Virus record (IMG/VR): IMGVR_UViG_3300008110_006966
Coordinates: 1-32,211 of that record
Source: a virus
Taxonomy: Duplodnaviria; Caudoviricetes
Direction: 5' to 3' (one strand)
DNA length: 32,211 bases
In this document: piece by piece, positions 17,585 through 26,753 of the stretch
Numbering within the stretch: position 1 is the first letter of the stretch
Layout of the letters: each line of letters begins with the position of its first letter
The notes under the pieces: model-generated
Databases searched by the model: none
What the model was told of the DNA's origin: nothing
Seen by the model: only the letters and a program-made list of their open reading frames with translations
Translations under genes and position numbers: made by a program

Positions 17585-17593
17585 CCAAAACTG

Positions 17594-17622
17594 TTGACTT
17601 TTATTAGCCTCTACAGTATAGT
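17594..17622 (+). promoter_or_regulatory. sigma70-type promoter
   Basis: TTGACT, 17 nt, TATAGT. Confidence 0.7.
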
Positions 17623-17647
17623 ATAGCTGTAGAGGTTTTATTTTTTT
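17606..17647 (+). terminator. rho-independent terminator overlapping the promoter
   Basis: AGCCTCTACAG..CTGTAGAGGTT inverted repeat followed by a T-rich tract. Confidence 0.7.
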
Positions 17648-17669
17648 ACACACACTTTGAAAGGCAAAA

Positions 17670-18266
17670 ATGAAAAAGGCACTCGTACTAACAACTCTAG
17701 CATTATCACTGACAGCATGTTCTGGAATGAAAGAACTGCGTACTGAAAATATCAGTAAACGTGAAGTACCAGATTGGTATTTGGAACATGCTGATTCCGG
17801 TAAAGAAATGGACGGTTTCAAATTCTGGGATCGAAAAGGTTATTTTTATGCTGTAGCAGAAGACGTTAGCCCATCGATGGAAATGGCTATGAAGAAAGCT
17901 ACACTCAAAGCTAAAGCAAAGTTGATTGATCGAGTCAACGGCGAAATGAATAATCGTACCACAATGACCTATAATGAAGCCGGCGGGCCTGAGGAAGTTA
18001 ACGGACGTCAAGCCAATCAAGATGTCATTGTTAATCTAGTTGCTGAAAGTGTTCTTAGGACTTATGGCTTAGATAAGAAGATGGTAGTCTATAGTCCAGA
18101 AATGAGACACTATCGAGCTTTTGTACTAATGAAGATTAGTCAAAAAGATATTCAAGAAATGGCAAGAACGTTTGACGAGAACAAACAAATTAAACTACAG
18201 AATCGAGTTGCAGGTAAAACTGTAGACGAGACTGCGGCTGAAGTTCTCGAACAATCGAGAAAATAA
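17670..18266 (+). CDS. lipoprotein, LPP20-like
   Basis: lipobox LTAC; VPDWY; A..KA...AKAKL motif. Confidence 0.8.
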   Translation: MKKALVLTTLALSLTACSGMKELRTENISKREVPDWYLEHADSGKEMDGFKFWDRKGYFYAVAEDVSPSMEMAMKKATLKAKAKLIDRVNGEMNNRTTMTYNEAGGPEEVNGRQANQDVIVNLVAESVLRTYGLDKKMVVYSPEMRHYRAFVLMKISQKDIQEMARTFDENKQIKLQNRVAGKTVDETAAEVLEQSRK

Positions 18267-18607
18267 TGAAAAATTTATTTCTCATTATTTGTTTGACTGC
18301 AGGCCTAAGTGCCTGCAGTTCGAATCCTCCTATTAAAACATCTGAACAGTTTTGTGATTTAAGATCTGAAACTGTTGTAGTTAAAGGAGACTTCGGACAA
18401 GTCAAAGACGAGAAGACTGTCGAAGTAATGAAGTGCAGTGATAATCGATTCGACAGAATTTATCAAACTAAGATTGGAGTTGCAAAGTTTTGCGGCGAAA
18501 GTCCTATTAGAAGATATAAAAATGGCCAAATTATTGAAAGCACAGCATATGCTTGCCTTAAACCGGATGGTACTTGGGAAGTTATTGATCTTTACGCTCT
18601 GTACTAA
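18266..18607 (+). CDS. Cys-rich lipoprotein
   Basis: lipobox LSAC; C-terminal ACLKPDGTWEV. Confidence 0.8.
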   Translation: MKNLFLIICLTAGLSACSSNPPIKTSEQFCDLRSETVVVKGDFGQVKDEKTVEVMKCSDNRFDRIYQTKIGVAKFCGESPIRRYKNGQIIESTAYACLKPDGTWEVIDLYALY

Positions 18608-18974
18608 CTGTTACGCTCAATCTTGGGACTCTCCTAGTAGAGATGATTATGTACGATCAGATAGTATTCCTGCATTAGTTTATAACATGTGGAATACCTT
18701 TTCTAATCGTATAAATGAAAGTGATAAACAAAAACACGAACATGCGGTCTATTATGCATTGGAACATTTAGATAACGGCGAGTTAATCAAATGGTATAAT
18801 CCTAGAACTAATAGTAACGGCCATGTGCAAGTTGCAATGACTTGGATGAACGGCGGACTTAGTTGTCGTAGAATCTATGGTCAAATACAAACTGAAAAGT
18901 TTAATAGACCATTCTCTGATACCGCTTGTTATAATCCGAGTACAAATGCATGGCGTTTTTCAGATAAATATTAA
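18567..18974 (+). CDS. exported protein, 17-kDa surface antigen-like domain
   Basis: signal peptide from ATG 18567; ALE..G..WYNP..G..CR..AC..W pattern; start uncertain. Confidence 0.7.
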   Translation: MVLGKLLIFTLCTNCYAQSWDSPSRDDYVRSDSIPALVYNMWNTFSNRINESDKQKHEHAVYYALEHLDNGELIKWYNPRTNSNGHVQVAMTWMNGGLSCRRIYGQIQTEKFNRPFSDTACYNPSTNAWRFSDKY

Positions 18975-18976
18975 TT

Positions 18977-20641
18977 ATGGTCTTTGCTATACTACTACTG
19001 TTAACCGGTTTAACTATATCGTCTGTTGCCATTTATTATTCGGTAATGGGTCTGACTGCTATCTTTGCAGCAGCCTTTTATCCAATTATAGTCATGGGCA
19101 TCAGCCTAGAACTAGCCAAGTTAGTTGCCGCCACTTGGCTTAAAGCTTATTGGGCAAGAATTCCTATCTTACTAAAAAGTTACATGCTGGCAGCTGTCAT
19201 TGTACTAATGGTGATTACCAGCATGGGTATTTTTGGTTTTTTAAGCAAAGCTCATTCTGATCAAAGTTTAGTAAGTGGTGATGTATTAAGTAGATTGGCT
19301 GTCTATGATGAGCAGATTAAAACCTCCAAGGACAATATAGAAACTAACAGAAAAGCTCTCCAACAAATGGATGCGCAAGTAGATCAGATGTTAGGAAGGA
19401 CTGATACAGAACGAGGGGCTGAACGTGCTGTACAAATTAGAAGAAATCAAGCCAAAGAACGTGCAAGACTACAATCAGAAATTGCACAAGAACAAAAGAA
19501 CATTACCAAATTAAATGAGTTACGTGCTCCGATCGCAGCCGAAAATAGAAAAATAGAAGCAGAAGTTGGACCGATCAAATATATTGCTAAGTTTATATAC
19601 GGTGATAATCCAGATGCTAATATTTTAGAAAAGGCAGTAACTTGGGTCATCATAATGATAGTTATTGTGTTTGATCCGTTAGCAGTGTTGCTATTAATTG
19701 CGGCACAAATGAGTTACTTCTGGTGGAAGGATGACCGTAAAAAAGCGAAAGAAGTTCCAGTTGAAACTGCGTTAGTTGAAACTCAAGAAGAATTAACACA
19801 CTGTCCTAAGTGCGGTACAGAGATTATAGAAGCACCCGGTATTGGACCTTTCTGCCCTAATAAAGAGTGCGATGTAGTTGATAACTTATACGGCAATGTA
19901 GATCCTAAAGTAACTGAGTTTTTTAATCATTTAAGAAATATTTCTAGAAAAGAAGATGAAGAGGACCGCGCTGCCGAAGCTAATGAAAAAATTGCCGAGT
20001 ACGAACAAGATGATGGACCGTTAACTGATGAGCAAATTGCTCAGATACGTGAATTAGCAAAACAAGAACTAGATCAGACCGAGGAACCTGTAGAATATTA
20101 TCCATTTCCAACGGAACGTCCTCTAGAAGGCGATGCTAAAATAGCGGCAGAGTTAGCAGAAAAAAATGAAACATTAGAAAAATTAAATGAGATAGCAGAA
20201 TCTAAAATAAAGTCAGGTGAAGAAACTGCTGAATGGACATGGCCTACCTCTAAAGATTTAATCTGGACCAACGATGATGCAGATCAAGAGATGGCCAGTG
20301 ATATGGAAGAATTAAAAGAAAATTCTTTAAAGAGAAAATGGAAGGAAGAACATCCGGACGTAAACCTTAAAGAAATTAAACACTTGTATGCCATTGGCGC
20401 TATCGAAAATCTTCCTTGGGAAGCAGTTGAGCAATTAGATGATCAACTAAATGAGAAACCAGAGGAAAATATCGAACAATCAGAATCATCAGAAGAAGAC
20501 CAAAAAAAAAACTACATACATAGTAATGCTTCAGGACAGACAGATACAGAAGGAAAAAGTAGAGAAGAAATAGAATATGTTCAAAATCAAGAACAAAGTG
20601 AAAATTCTATTTGGAACAGAATAAAAAATAGGAACATATGA
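18977..20641 (+). CDS. multi-TM membrane protein with coiled coil, Zn-ribbon and acidic tail
   Basis: N-terminal TMs, GIFGFLSKAH, coiled coil, EVGPIKYIA, VFDPLAV TM, CPKC..CPNKEC. Confidence 0.85.
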   Translation: MVFAILLLLTGLTISSVAIYYSVMGLTAIFAAAFYPIIVMGISLELAKLVAATWLKAYWARIPILLKSYMLAAVIVLMVITSMGIFGFLSKAHSDQSLVSGDVLSRLAVYDEQIKTSKDNIETNRKALQQMDAQVDQMLGRTDTERGAERAVQIRRNQAKERARLQSEIAQEQKNITKLNELRAPIAAENRKIEAEVGPIKYIAKFIYGDNPDANILEKAVTWVIIMIVIVFDPLAVLLLIAAQMSYFWWKDDRKKAKEVPVETALVETQEELTHCPKCGTEIIEAPGIGPFCPNKECDVVDNLYGNVDPKVTEFFNHLRNISRKEDEEDRAAEANEKIAEYEQDDGPLTDEQIAQIRELAKQELDQTEEPVEYYPFPTERPLEGDAKIAAELAEKNETLEKLNEIAESKIKSGEETAEWTWPTSKDLIWTNDDADQEMASDMEELKENSLKRKWKEEHPDVNLKEIKHLYAIGAIENLPWEAVEQLDDQLNEKPEENIEQSESSEEDQKKNYIHSNASGQTDTEGKSREEIEYVQNQEQSENSIWNRIKNRNI

Positions 20642-21051
20642 ATCTAGGAAAAATTAATCTTATCACTCCTCCGGATAAGCTTTTTAATAATAATTTAAGT
20701 TACCTTTTAGTTAAGCCTTCGACTAAAATTAAAATGCAGTTTCAAACAATATTAAGTTCAATTGATCACGATCTAAATGTTTTCGTGTACGATCAGGAAG
20801 AAAGCAATATAGAATGGCTGCTTAGTGTTGCTCATCAAGTCGATGAAATTATTATAGATATAGATAATTGTGATTCAACAACTAAAATGTTCATCAGCTT
20901 TTTACTAGCTGAACAAAATGTTTATTATATTACTAATGATGATTTAACTCCATGGGGGTTAATTAGTAAAAATAGAATTTACGACTTAGACTGGGTAGTT
21001 AAAAATCTTCAAGGAGACGATGACGAAGAAGAGGACACAGATGAGCAATAG
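20638..21051 (+). CDS. phage hypothetical protein
   Basis: 137 aa; ATGA overlap with the upstream gene. Confidence 0.8.
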   Translation: MNLGKINLITPPDKLFNNNLSYLLVKPSTKIKMQFQTILSSIDHDLNVFVYDQEESNIEWLLSVAHQVDEIIIDIDNCDSTTKMFISFLLAEQNVYYITNDDLTPWGLISKNRIYDLDWVVKNLQGDDDEEEDTDEQ

Positions 21052-21280
21052 AGAGGAATGGAAATTAGCAGGTAGTATTGTCTACGTCAAAAATGATGAT
21101 GTCAATCGTGCATTAAAAAAACTTAAAAACAAAATTGAAGAAGGCGGAAAATTAAAAGACCTTCAAAAAAAAGAGTATTACGAAAAACCCACAACAACCC
21201 GCAGAAAAGACAAAGCAGCTGGACGTCAGCGTTTTGTTAAAAAGCTCGAAAAACAACAACTTCCTAAAAAATTATATTAA
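21041..21280 (+). CDS. rpsU: ribosomal protein bS21
   Basis: V.V...VNRALKKLK..IEEGG.L..LQKKEYYEKPTTTR; SD GAGGA before ATG 21041. Confidence 0.9.
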   Translation: MSNREEWKLAGSIVYVKNDDVNRALKKLKNKIEEGGKLKDLQKKEYYEKPTTTRRKDKAAGRQRFVKKLEKQQLPKKLY

Positions 21281-21289
21281 AATTACACT

Positions 21290-21817
21290 ATGTCAAAACA
21301 TTTAATGGTTGATTTAGAAACCCTTGCCACCACTCCCGATGCTGCTATCTTAACAATAGGTGCAGTTACTTTTGATCCTAAAACAGATAAAATTTTTGAT
21401 GAATTTTATGCGAGAGTAGATCTTGAATCTGTAACTGAACTTGGCATGACTGTTGATAACAAAACAATCGAATGGTGGAGTACGCAAGCACCAGAAGCGC
21501 AGGACGAAGCATTCGGAGATGGAGATAGAATTTCCATACAAGAAGCTATAGACCGATTCCACAAATTTTCTTGGCATTGCTCTAATTTTTGGAGTCACGG
21601 AGCAGCCTTTGATATTGTTATTATTGAACAGTATTATAGGGCATTAAAAAAAGCACCGCCGTGGAATTTCTGGCAAGTTAGGGATACTAGAACAATTTTT
21701 GATTTGGGCATAGATCCAGAAATGCCCCAAGCTAACAAACACCAAGCATTAGAAGATGCTCGTAGACAAGCAATAGGTGTACAAAATGTCTACAAAAAAT
21801 TACTACAAGATAAATAA
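21290..21817 (+). CDS. DEDDh 3'-5' exonuclease (Rv2179c/RNase AS-like)
   Basis: MVDLETL, TIEWW, WSHGAAFD, RDTRT, HQALEDA. Confidence 0.88.
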   Translation: MSKHLMVDLETLATTPDAAILTIGAVTFDPKTDKIFDEFYARVDLESVTELGMTVDNKTIEWWSTQAPEAQDEAFGDGDRISIQEAIDRFHKFSWHCSNFWSHGAAFDIVIIEQYYRALKKAPPWNFWQVRDTRTIFDLGIDPEMPQANKHQALEDARRQAIGVQNVYKKLLQDK

Positions 21818-21893
21818 ATTTGTCTAGCGCCAATAGGGCTATACAAAGGACAAGAGTCCAAAAAATCTTGCTTACTTAAAGGAGAAAAATATT
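21810..21893 (+). promoter_or_regulatory. late promoter plus structured leader with ROSE-like RNA thermometer
   Basis: ATAAATA 21810-21816; hairpins 21819-21847 and GGAC-AAGA-GTCC; TCTTGCTT (21866-21873) pairs with AAGGAGA (21879-21885). Confidence 0.65.
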
Positions 21894-23774
21894 ATGAGCA
21901 AAGTCATCGGTATCGATTTAGGTACTACCAATAGCTGCGTAGCAGTCATCGAAAACGGAACCCCCAAAGTAATTGAAAACTCAGAAGGTGCTCGTACTAC
22001 ACCTAGTATTGTAGCATATGCTAACGATGAGATTCTTGTCGGTGCGTCAGCTAAAAGACAAGCAGTAACAAATCCCAAAAACACAATTTATGCATCTAAG
22101 CGGTTAATTGGACGTAAGTTCCAAGAACAGGCAGTGCAAAAAGACATCGAATTAATGCCATATGAAATTATGGAATCAAAGAACGGCGATGCTTGGGTAA
22201 GAGCCAACGATAAAGAATTAGCACCTCCACAAATTTCAGCAGAAGTTCTTCGCAAGATGAAGAAGACCGCAGAGGACTATTTAGGTAGCGAAGTTACCCA
22301 AGCAGTTATCACCGTGCCTGCGTACTTCAACGACAGTCAACGCCAAGCAACCAAAGACGCTGGTAAGATTGCTGGCTTAGAAGTTTTGCGTATTATTAAC
22401 GAGCCTACAGCAGCAGCATTGGCTTATGGTGTTGATAAAGAAAATAACAAGGATCGTAAAGTTGCTGTCTATGATTTAGGCGGTGGTACATTTGATGTTA
22501 GTATTATTGAAATTGCTAATGTTGATGGAGACAAACAAATTGAAGTTCTAAGCACTAATGGCGACACGTTCTTAGGTGGTGAAGATTTTGATAATCGCAT
22601 CATGGATTACCTAGTCTCTGAATTTAAGAAAGAGTCGGGTGTTGATCTAAGCAAAGACGTTATGGCATTACAGCGTCTAAAGGAAGCAGCTGAACGCACG
22701 AAGATTGAACTATCTAATAGCGCACAAACAGATGTTAACCTTCCTTATATTACTGCTGATGCGAACGGACCTAAGCATCTCAATATTAAAATTACTCGTA
22801 GTAAATTAGAAAGCCTAGTTGAGGATTTAATTCAACGTAGTCTAGCACCTTGCCGTCAAGCAATCAAAGACGCAGGTATTACTGCTGCTGATATTGACGA
22901 AGTTATTCTTGTTGGTGGTCAAACACGTATGCCTAAGGTGCAAGAAGAAGTTGAAAAACTATTCGGTAAAGCACCACGCAAAGATGTTAACCCTGATGAA
23001 GCAGTTGCAGTTGGTGCTGCTGTTCAGGGAAGTGTTTTAGCAGGCGATCGCAAAGATGTTCTCTTACTAGATGTTACTCCATTGAGTCTTGGTATTGAGA
23101 CACTAGGCGGAGTAATGACTAAATTAATACAAAAGAATACAACTATCCCAACTAAGGCCAGTCAAACTTTTAGCACAGCAGAAGACAATCAACCTGCTGT
23201 TACAATTAAAGTCTTCCAAGGAGAACGAGATTTTGTACAGCACAATAAATTGCTTGGGGAATTTAATCTAGAAGGTATCGCACCTTCGCCGCGTGGTATG
23301 CCACAAATTGAAGTTACCTTTGATATTGACGCCAACGGCATTATGAATATCAATGCTAAAGATAAAAATACAGGCAAAGAAAACAAAATTACCATCAAGT
23401 CCGATTCTGGATTATCTAAAGACCAAATTGACGCAATGATCAAAGATGCTGAAGCTAATGCAGAAGAAGATAATAAGAAAAAAGAATTAATTACAGCTAG
23501 AAATGCAGCTGATAATATTGTTCATCAAATTAGAAAAGACATGACCGAAGTTGAGTCAGTTCTAACCGAAGAACAAAAAGATACAATTAAAAAGTCAATT
23601 GATTCAGTTGAAGCCGCAGTTGCTGGCGATGACAAAGCAGCCATTGATAGTACGTTAAATGATCTAGTAAATGCTAGTCAAGTCATCCAAGAAGCAAAAG
23701 TTAAAACTGAGGGATCTAAAAAATCTTCAGACGATGCTGTAGTAGATGCTGAATTTACAGAAGTTAAGGGCTAA
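21894..23774 (+). CDS. dnaK: Hsp70 chaperone DnaK
   Basis: [47 protein letters not shown]-terminal DAEFTEV. Confidence 0.98.
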   Translation: MSKVIGIDLGTTNSCVAVIENGTPKVIENSEGARTTPSIVAYANDEILVGASAKRQAVTNPKNTIYASKRLIGRKFQEQAVQKDIELMPYEIMESKNGDAWVRANDKELAPPQISAEVLRKMKKTAEDYLGSEVTQAVITVPAYFNDSQRQATKDAGKIAGLEVLRIINEPTAAALAYGVDKENNKDRKVAVYDLGGGTFDVSIIEIANVDGDKQIEVLSTNGDTFLGGEDFDNRIMDYLVSEFKKESGVDLSKDVMALQRLKEAAERTKIELSNSAQTDVNLPYITADANGPKHLNIKITRSKLESLVEDLIQRSLAPCRQAIKDAGITAADIDEVILVGGQTRMPKVQEEVEKLFGKAPRKDVNPDEAVAVGAAVQGSVLAGDRKDVLLLDVTPLSLGIETLGGVMTKLIQKNTTIPTKASQTFSTAEDNQPAVTIKVFQGERDFVQHNKLLGEFNLEGIAPSPRGMPQIEVTFDIDANGIMNINAKDKNTGKENKITIKSDSGLSKDQIDAMIKDAEANAEEDNKKKELITARNAADNIVHQIRKDMTEVESVLTEEQKDTIKKSIDSVEAAVAGDDKAAIDSTLNDLVNASQVIQEAKVKTEGSKKSSDDAVVDAEFTEVKG

Positions 23775-23847
23775 CAGTTAGCTCTTACTATGTGCGGTGC
23801 CCGGGTGGGGCCGCACAATATTCTTGCTTAATAAAAGGAGAAAAATT
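23766..23847 (+). promoter_or_regulatory. ROSE-like RNA thermometer leader
   Basis: hairpins 23766-23786 and 23791-23817, then TCTTGCTT (23822-23829) pairing with AAGGAGA (23835-23841). Confidence 0.7.
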
Positions 23848-24279
23848 ATGAACTCGTTACAAAGACTAGACACCACAGCACTTGCTCAACTTAATAGAGC
23901 ATTAATTGGATTTGATCGTATTTTTAATAACTACGAATCAAGGTTTGCAAATCAAACTTCGAACTATCCACCATACAATGTTCTAAAACACGACGACAGT
24001 CATTATGAAATTGAATTGGCAGTAGCCGGTTTCGATAAAGATGACATCACTGTCGAAGTAAATCAAAATGAACTTATCATTAGAGGAAACAAAATAAACG
24101 AAGAAGATGCCTCTAAATATGTTCATAGAGGATTGGCTGCAAGAAGCTTTGAGCGTATATTTACACTCATGGAACATCATGTAGTTCAAGATGCCGAAGT
24201 GGTTAACGGCATGTTAAAAATCAAGATCAACGTAATCGTTCCAGAAGAGTTAAAGCCTCGACTAATTACGATTAAATAG
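23848..24279 (+). CDS. small heat-shock protein (Hsp20, IbpA-like)
   Basis: IGFDR, NYPPYN, IELAVAGF, HRGLAARSF, NGML, VPEE..PR.I.I; true start ATG 23848 after SD. Confidence 0.95.
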   Translation: MNSLQRLDTTALAQLNRALIGFDRIFNNYESRFANQTSNYPPYNVLKHDDSHYEIELAVAGFDKDDITVEVNQNELIIRGNKINEEDASKYVHRGLAARSFERIFTLMEHHVVQDAEVVNGMLKIKINVIVPEELKPRLITIK

Positions 24280-24282
24280 TTG

Positions 24283-25017
24283 ATGCACTATATAGAACAA
24301 ATAACAAAAAAGTTTAAGTCCAAAGACTATTCAATGGACTATAGCCAGGGGACTCCTGTTCCCTGGCTATTTTTCGATGATTTCTTACCAGAAGAATTAC
24401 TAAAAAAAGTACAAGCAGAAATCAATCAAATTCCAAAGTATATGTGGACACATTTTACTAGGAATGGAAGCTTTATGGAAGAATGTAACAAGCTTCATGA
24501 TTATTGCCCCACAATACGAGACCTTACTTTAAATCTTAATAGTTCTGAATTTATCAGTTGGCTAGAAGAATTAACTGGTATTAACAAAGTTATACCGGAT
24601 CCGCATCTTATCGGTGCTGGCCTAATGAGATGTTATACTGGACATAGTTTAAAACTTCACACAGACTTCAATTGGAATGAAGAATTACACTTAAATAGAT
24701 GTCTTAGTTTAATACTATACATCCATCCAGAATGGGATAGTTCTTGGCACGGCGGACTTGAATTTTGGGATTTCAAAAGAGAAAATCTAGTACACAAAAT
24801 TGAATGTAAACCGAACAGACTACTGTTATGGAACTATCATTCAAAACTATTTCACGGGCATCCTACTCCATTAACCTGTCCTGAAAACGTAAGTCGAGAC
24901 GGGCTAAGACTCTTCTACTTTAAAAGTAATTCTACTCCCGAAGAATTACCACACAGAAGTCTTTATTGGATAGATGAAACCACTAGAGAACCTTACGACG
25001 TCAGATCAAATAGATAA
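24283..25017 (+). CDS. 2OG-Fe(II) oxygenase
   Basis: FDDFLP, LHTD (HxD), GGLEFW, FHGH, distal Arg. Confidence 0.88.
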   Translation: MHYIEQITKKFKSKDYSMDYSQGTPVPWLFFDDFLPEELLKKVQAEINQIPKYMWTHFTRNGSFMEECNKLHDYCPTIRDLTLNLNSSEFISWLEELTGINKVIPDPHLIGAGLMRCYTGHSLKLHTDFNWNEELHLNRCLSLILYIHPEWDSSWHGGLEFWDFKRENLVHKIECKPNRLLLWNYHSKLFHGHPTPLTCPENVSRDGLRLFYFKSNSTPEELPHRSLYWIDETTREPYDVRSNR

Positions 25018-25892
25018 TGTCTAAAAATTTACCCTACGGAGGAGCATGGGCTATTAATGATCCTCAAATGGAAGAATTCGTAAAATCGTCCTCTCTAATA
25101 GCATTAGAAAACATGAGAGACGACTCCGTAACTAAAGTCTTTTTAGACAGTTATGTTCAATGGATAAAATCTACGAAGTTTAATAAAATCCAAGGATTAG
25201 ATAATTTTCCTATAACTGCATATTCAAATGGTACAACTGAAGCGTTTGATAAATTTTATTTAAAAAACAACACTAGACGATTTAGATGTTTCCCTGGAGA
25301 ATATTTGTATCATCAATTAGCATGGAGAAATTATTTTCCTAATTGGAAGTTTATTGAAAATTTAGATATTGAAGAAAACGATGCAGTAGTTATTAGTCTA
25401 CCATTTAGCGACACTGGTAACAAGCACGACAGCACAGAAGCATTACTTGCTTTATGTTCTAAGTTATCTGTACCAGTATTAGTAGATTGTGCATTTTTTG
25501 GTATATGTGCAAATATAGATTTTAATTTTAATCATAGTTGTATTACAGATATAACCTTTAGTCTATCTAAAAGTTTTCCAGTTGCACACTATAGAATAGG
25601 AATGCGTTGTAGTAGAGTAGATGACGACGATAGTCTGTTTGTATCAAACAAAGCAAATTATACTAATAAGTTCGGAGCATTACTAGGTATCGAATTAATG
25701 AAGTTCAGTCCTGATCACAATTGGGCTACTTGGTCTATACAGCAAAAGAAATTTTGTCACGAGTTAGGGATTGAACCAAGTAATAGTGTTATATTTGGTA
25801 TTGACCTTTTTCGATACCCCATGTATAATCGTGGTAACAATACTAATCGTTTGTGCTTTGCTAAGTATTTAAAAAGTGGTACTTTACCTTAA
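25017..25892 (+). CDS. PLP-dependent transferase (fold type I-like), compact
   Basis: GTTEAF, GEY, SLPFSDTG, LVDCAF, FSLSK (Schiff-base Lys), RIG. Confidence 0.75.
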   Translation: MSKNLPYGGAWAINDPQMEEFVKSSSLIALENMRDDSVTKVFLDSYVQWIKSTKFNKIQGLDNFPITAYSNGTTEAFDKFYLKNNTRRFRCFPGEYLYHQLAWRNYFPNWKFIENLDIEENDAVVISLPFSDTGNKHDSTEALLALCSKLSVPVLVDCAFFGICANIDFNFNHSCITDITFSLSKSFPVAHYRIGMRCSRVDDDDSLFVSNKANYTNKFGALLGIELMKFSPDHNWATWSIQQKKFCHELGIEPSNSVIFGIDLFRYPMYNRGNNTNRLCFAKYLKSGTLP

Positions 25893-25911
25893 ACAAAATG
25901 GAGATTATAAT

Positions 25912-26217
25912 ATGGCTATTTCAGATGTAAAATTAGATAAGAAAATCGTTGTTAAGATTACAGAGCCAAAAAATTGGAAAGTCATTTTCCTTAATGACGA
26001 TCAAACTCCGATGGAGTTTGTAATTTCTGTGTTAATGGAAATTTACAAACATAGTATAGAGAGAGCGAAAGAAATTACGATAGAAGTACACGAGGCTGGT
26101 AAGGGAGTTGCAGGCAGCTATTGTTATGAAATCGCTGAAATAAAATTAGTAGAAACTATAAATCTTGCTAGAGCTAATGGATTCCCACTCCAAGCAAAAA
26201 TGGAAGAGGAAGAATGA
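25912..26217 (+). CDS. clpS: ATP-dependent Clp protease adaptor ClpS
   Basis: P..WKVIFLNDDQTPMEFV, EVH..G.G, YEIAE.K, GFPL; SD GGAG before ATG 25912. Confidence 0.93.
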   Translation: MAISDVKLDKKIVVKITEPKNWKVIFLNDDQTPMEFVISVLMEIYKHSIERAKEITIEVHEAGKGVAGSYCYEIAEIKLVETINLARANGFPLQAKMEEEE

Positions 26218-26753
26218 GTCTTAGAGAAATAACCAAAGATCTACACGCAGATGCAGAAAGAACTATCTTTGCTAAAAAACTTGTAACTGGATCATTTACT
26301 AAAGAAGAATATGCAAACTATCTTTGGCAAATGGTTCTTGTTTATAACGGCATCGAAGTAGCAGCTAAAGGTCAAGGTATGCTTAAAAACTTACCTGATA
26401 TCGAACGAGCACATAAAATTTATCAAGACTGCATTGAACTTGTAGGACCTAATCATAACTTAAAATGGTTACCTGAAACAATCGAATACTATCAATATCT
26501 TTTAGCTTTAAGTTATAGTGATAACAAGCATCTAGTTAAAGCTCACTTATATTGCAGACATATGGGAGATTTATTTGGCGGACAGATTATTGCCAAAAAA
26601 TGTCCAGGGTCAGGAAAATTCTATCAATTTAAAGATGCAGAAAATTTAAAGACTGCAATTAGAGCAGAGCTCACAGATGACCTAGGTGACGAAGCCCGAG
26701 TCGCTTTTCAGTGGGCTATCAAAATTATGAAAGCGTTGGTCAAAGATGAATAA
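26214..26753 (+). CDS. heme oxygenase (phage HemO/Ho1-like)
   Basis: LREITKDLHADAE proximal His; HLYCRHMGDLFGGQII distal helix; EARVAF. Confidence 0.92.
   Translation: MSLREITKDLHADAERTIFAKKLVTGSFTKEEYANYLWQMVLVYNGIEVAAKGQGMLKNLPDIERAHKIYQDCIELVGPNHNLKWLPETIEYYQYLLALSYSDNKHLVKAHLYCRHMGDLFGGQIIAKKCPGSGKFYQFKDAENLKTAIRAELTDDLGDEARVAFQWAIKIMKALVKDE

Noticed and set aside
23791-23817. GC-rich hairpin after dnaK as a terminator or tRNA fragment
   Set aside because: No U tract and no cloverleaf; better explained as part of the hsp20 leader
23797-23847. GTG-initiated extension of Hsp20 (similarly 15550, 18438, 21020, 25876, 29510 starts)
   Set aside because: Downstream ATGs fit the SD, signal peptide or family N-terminus better
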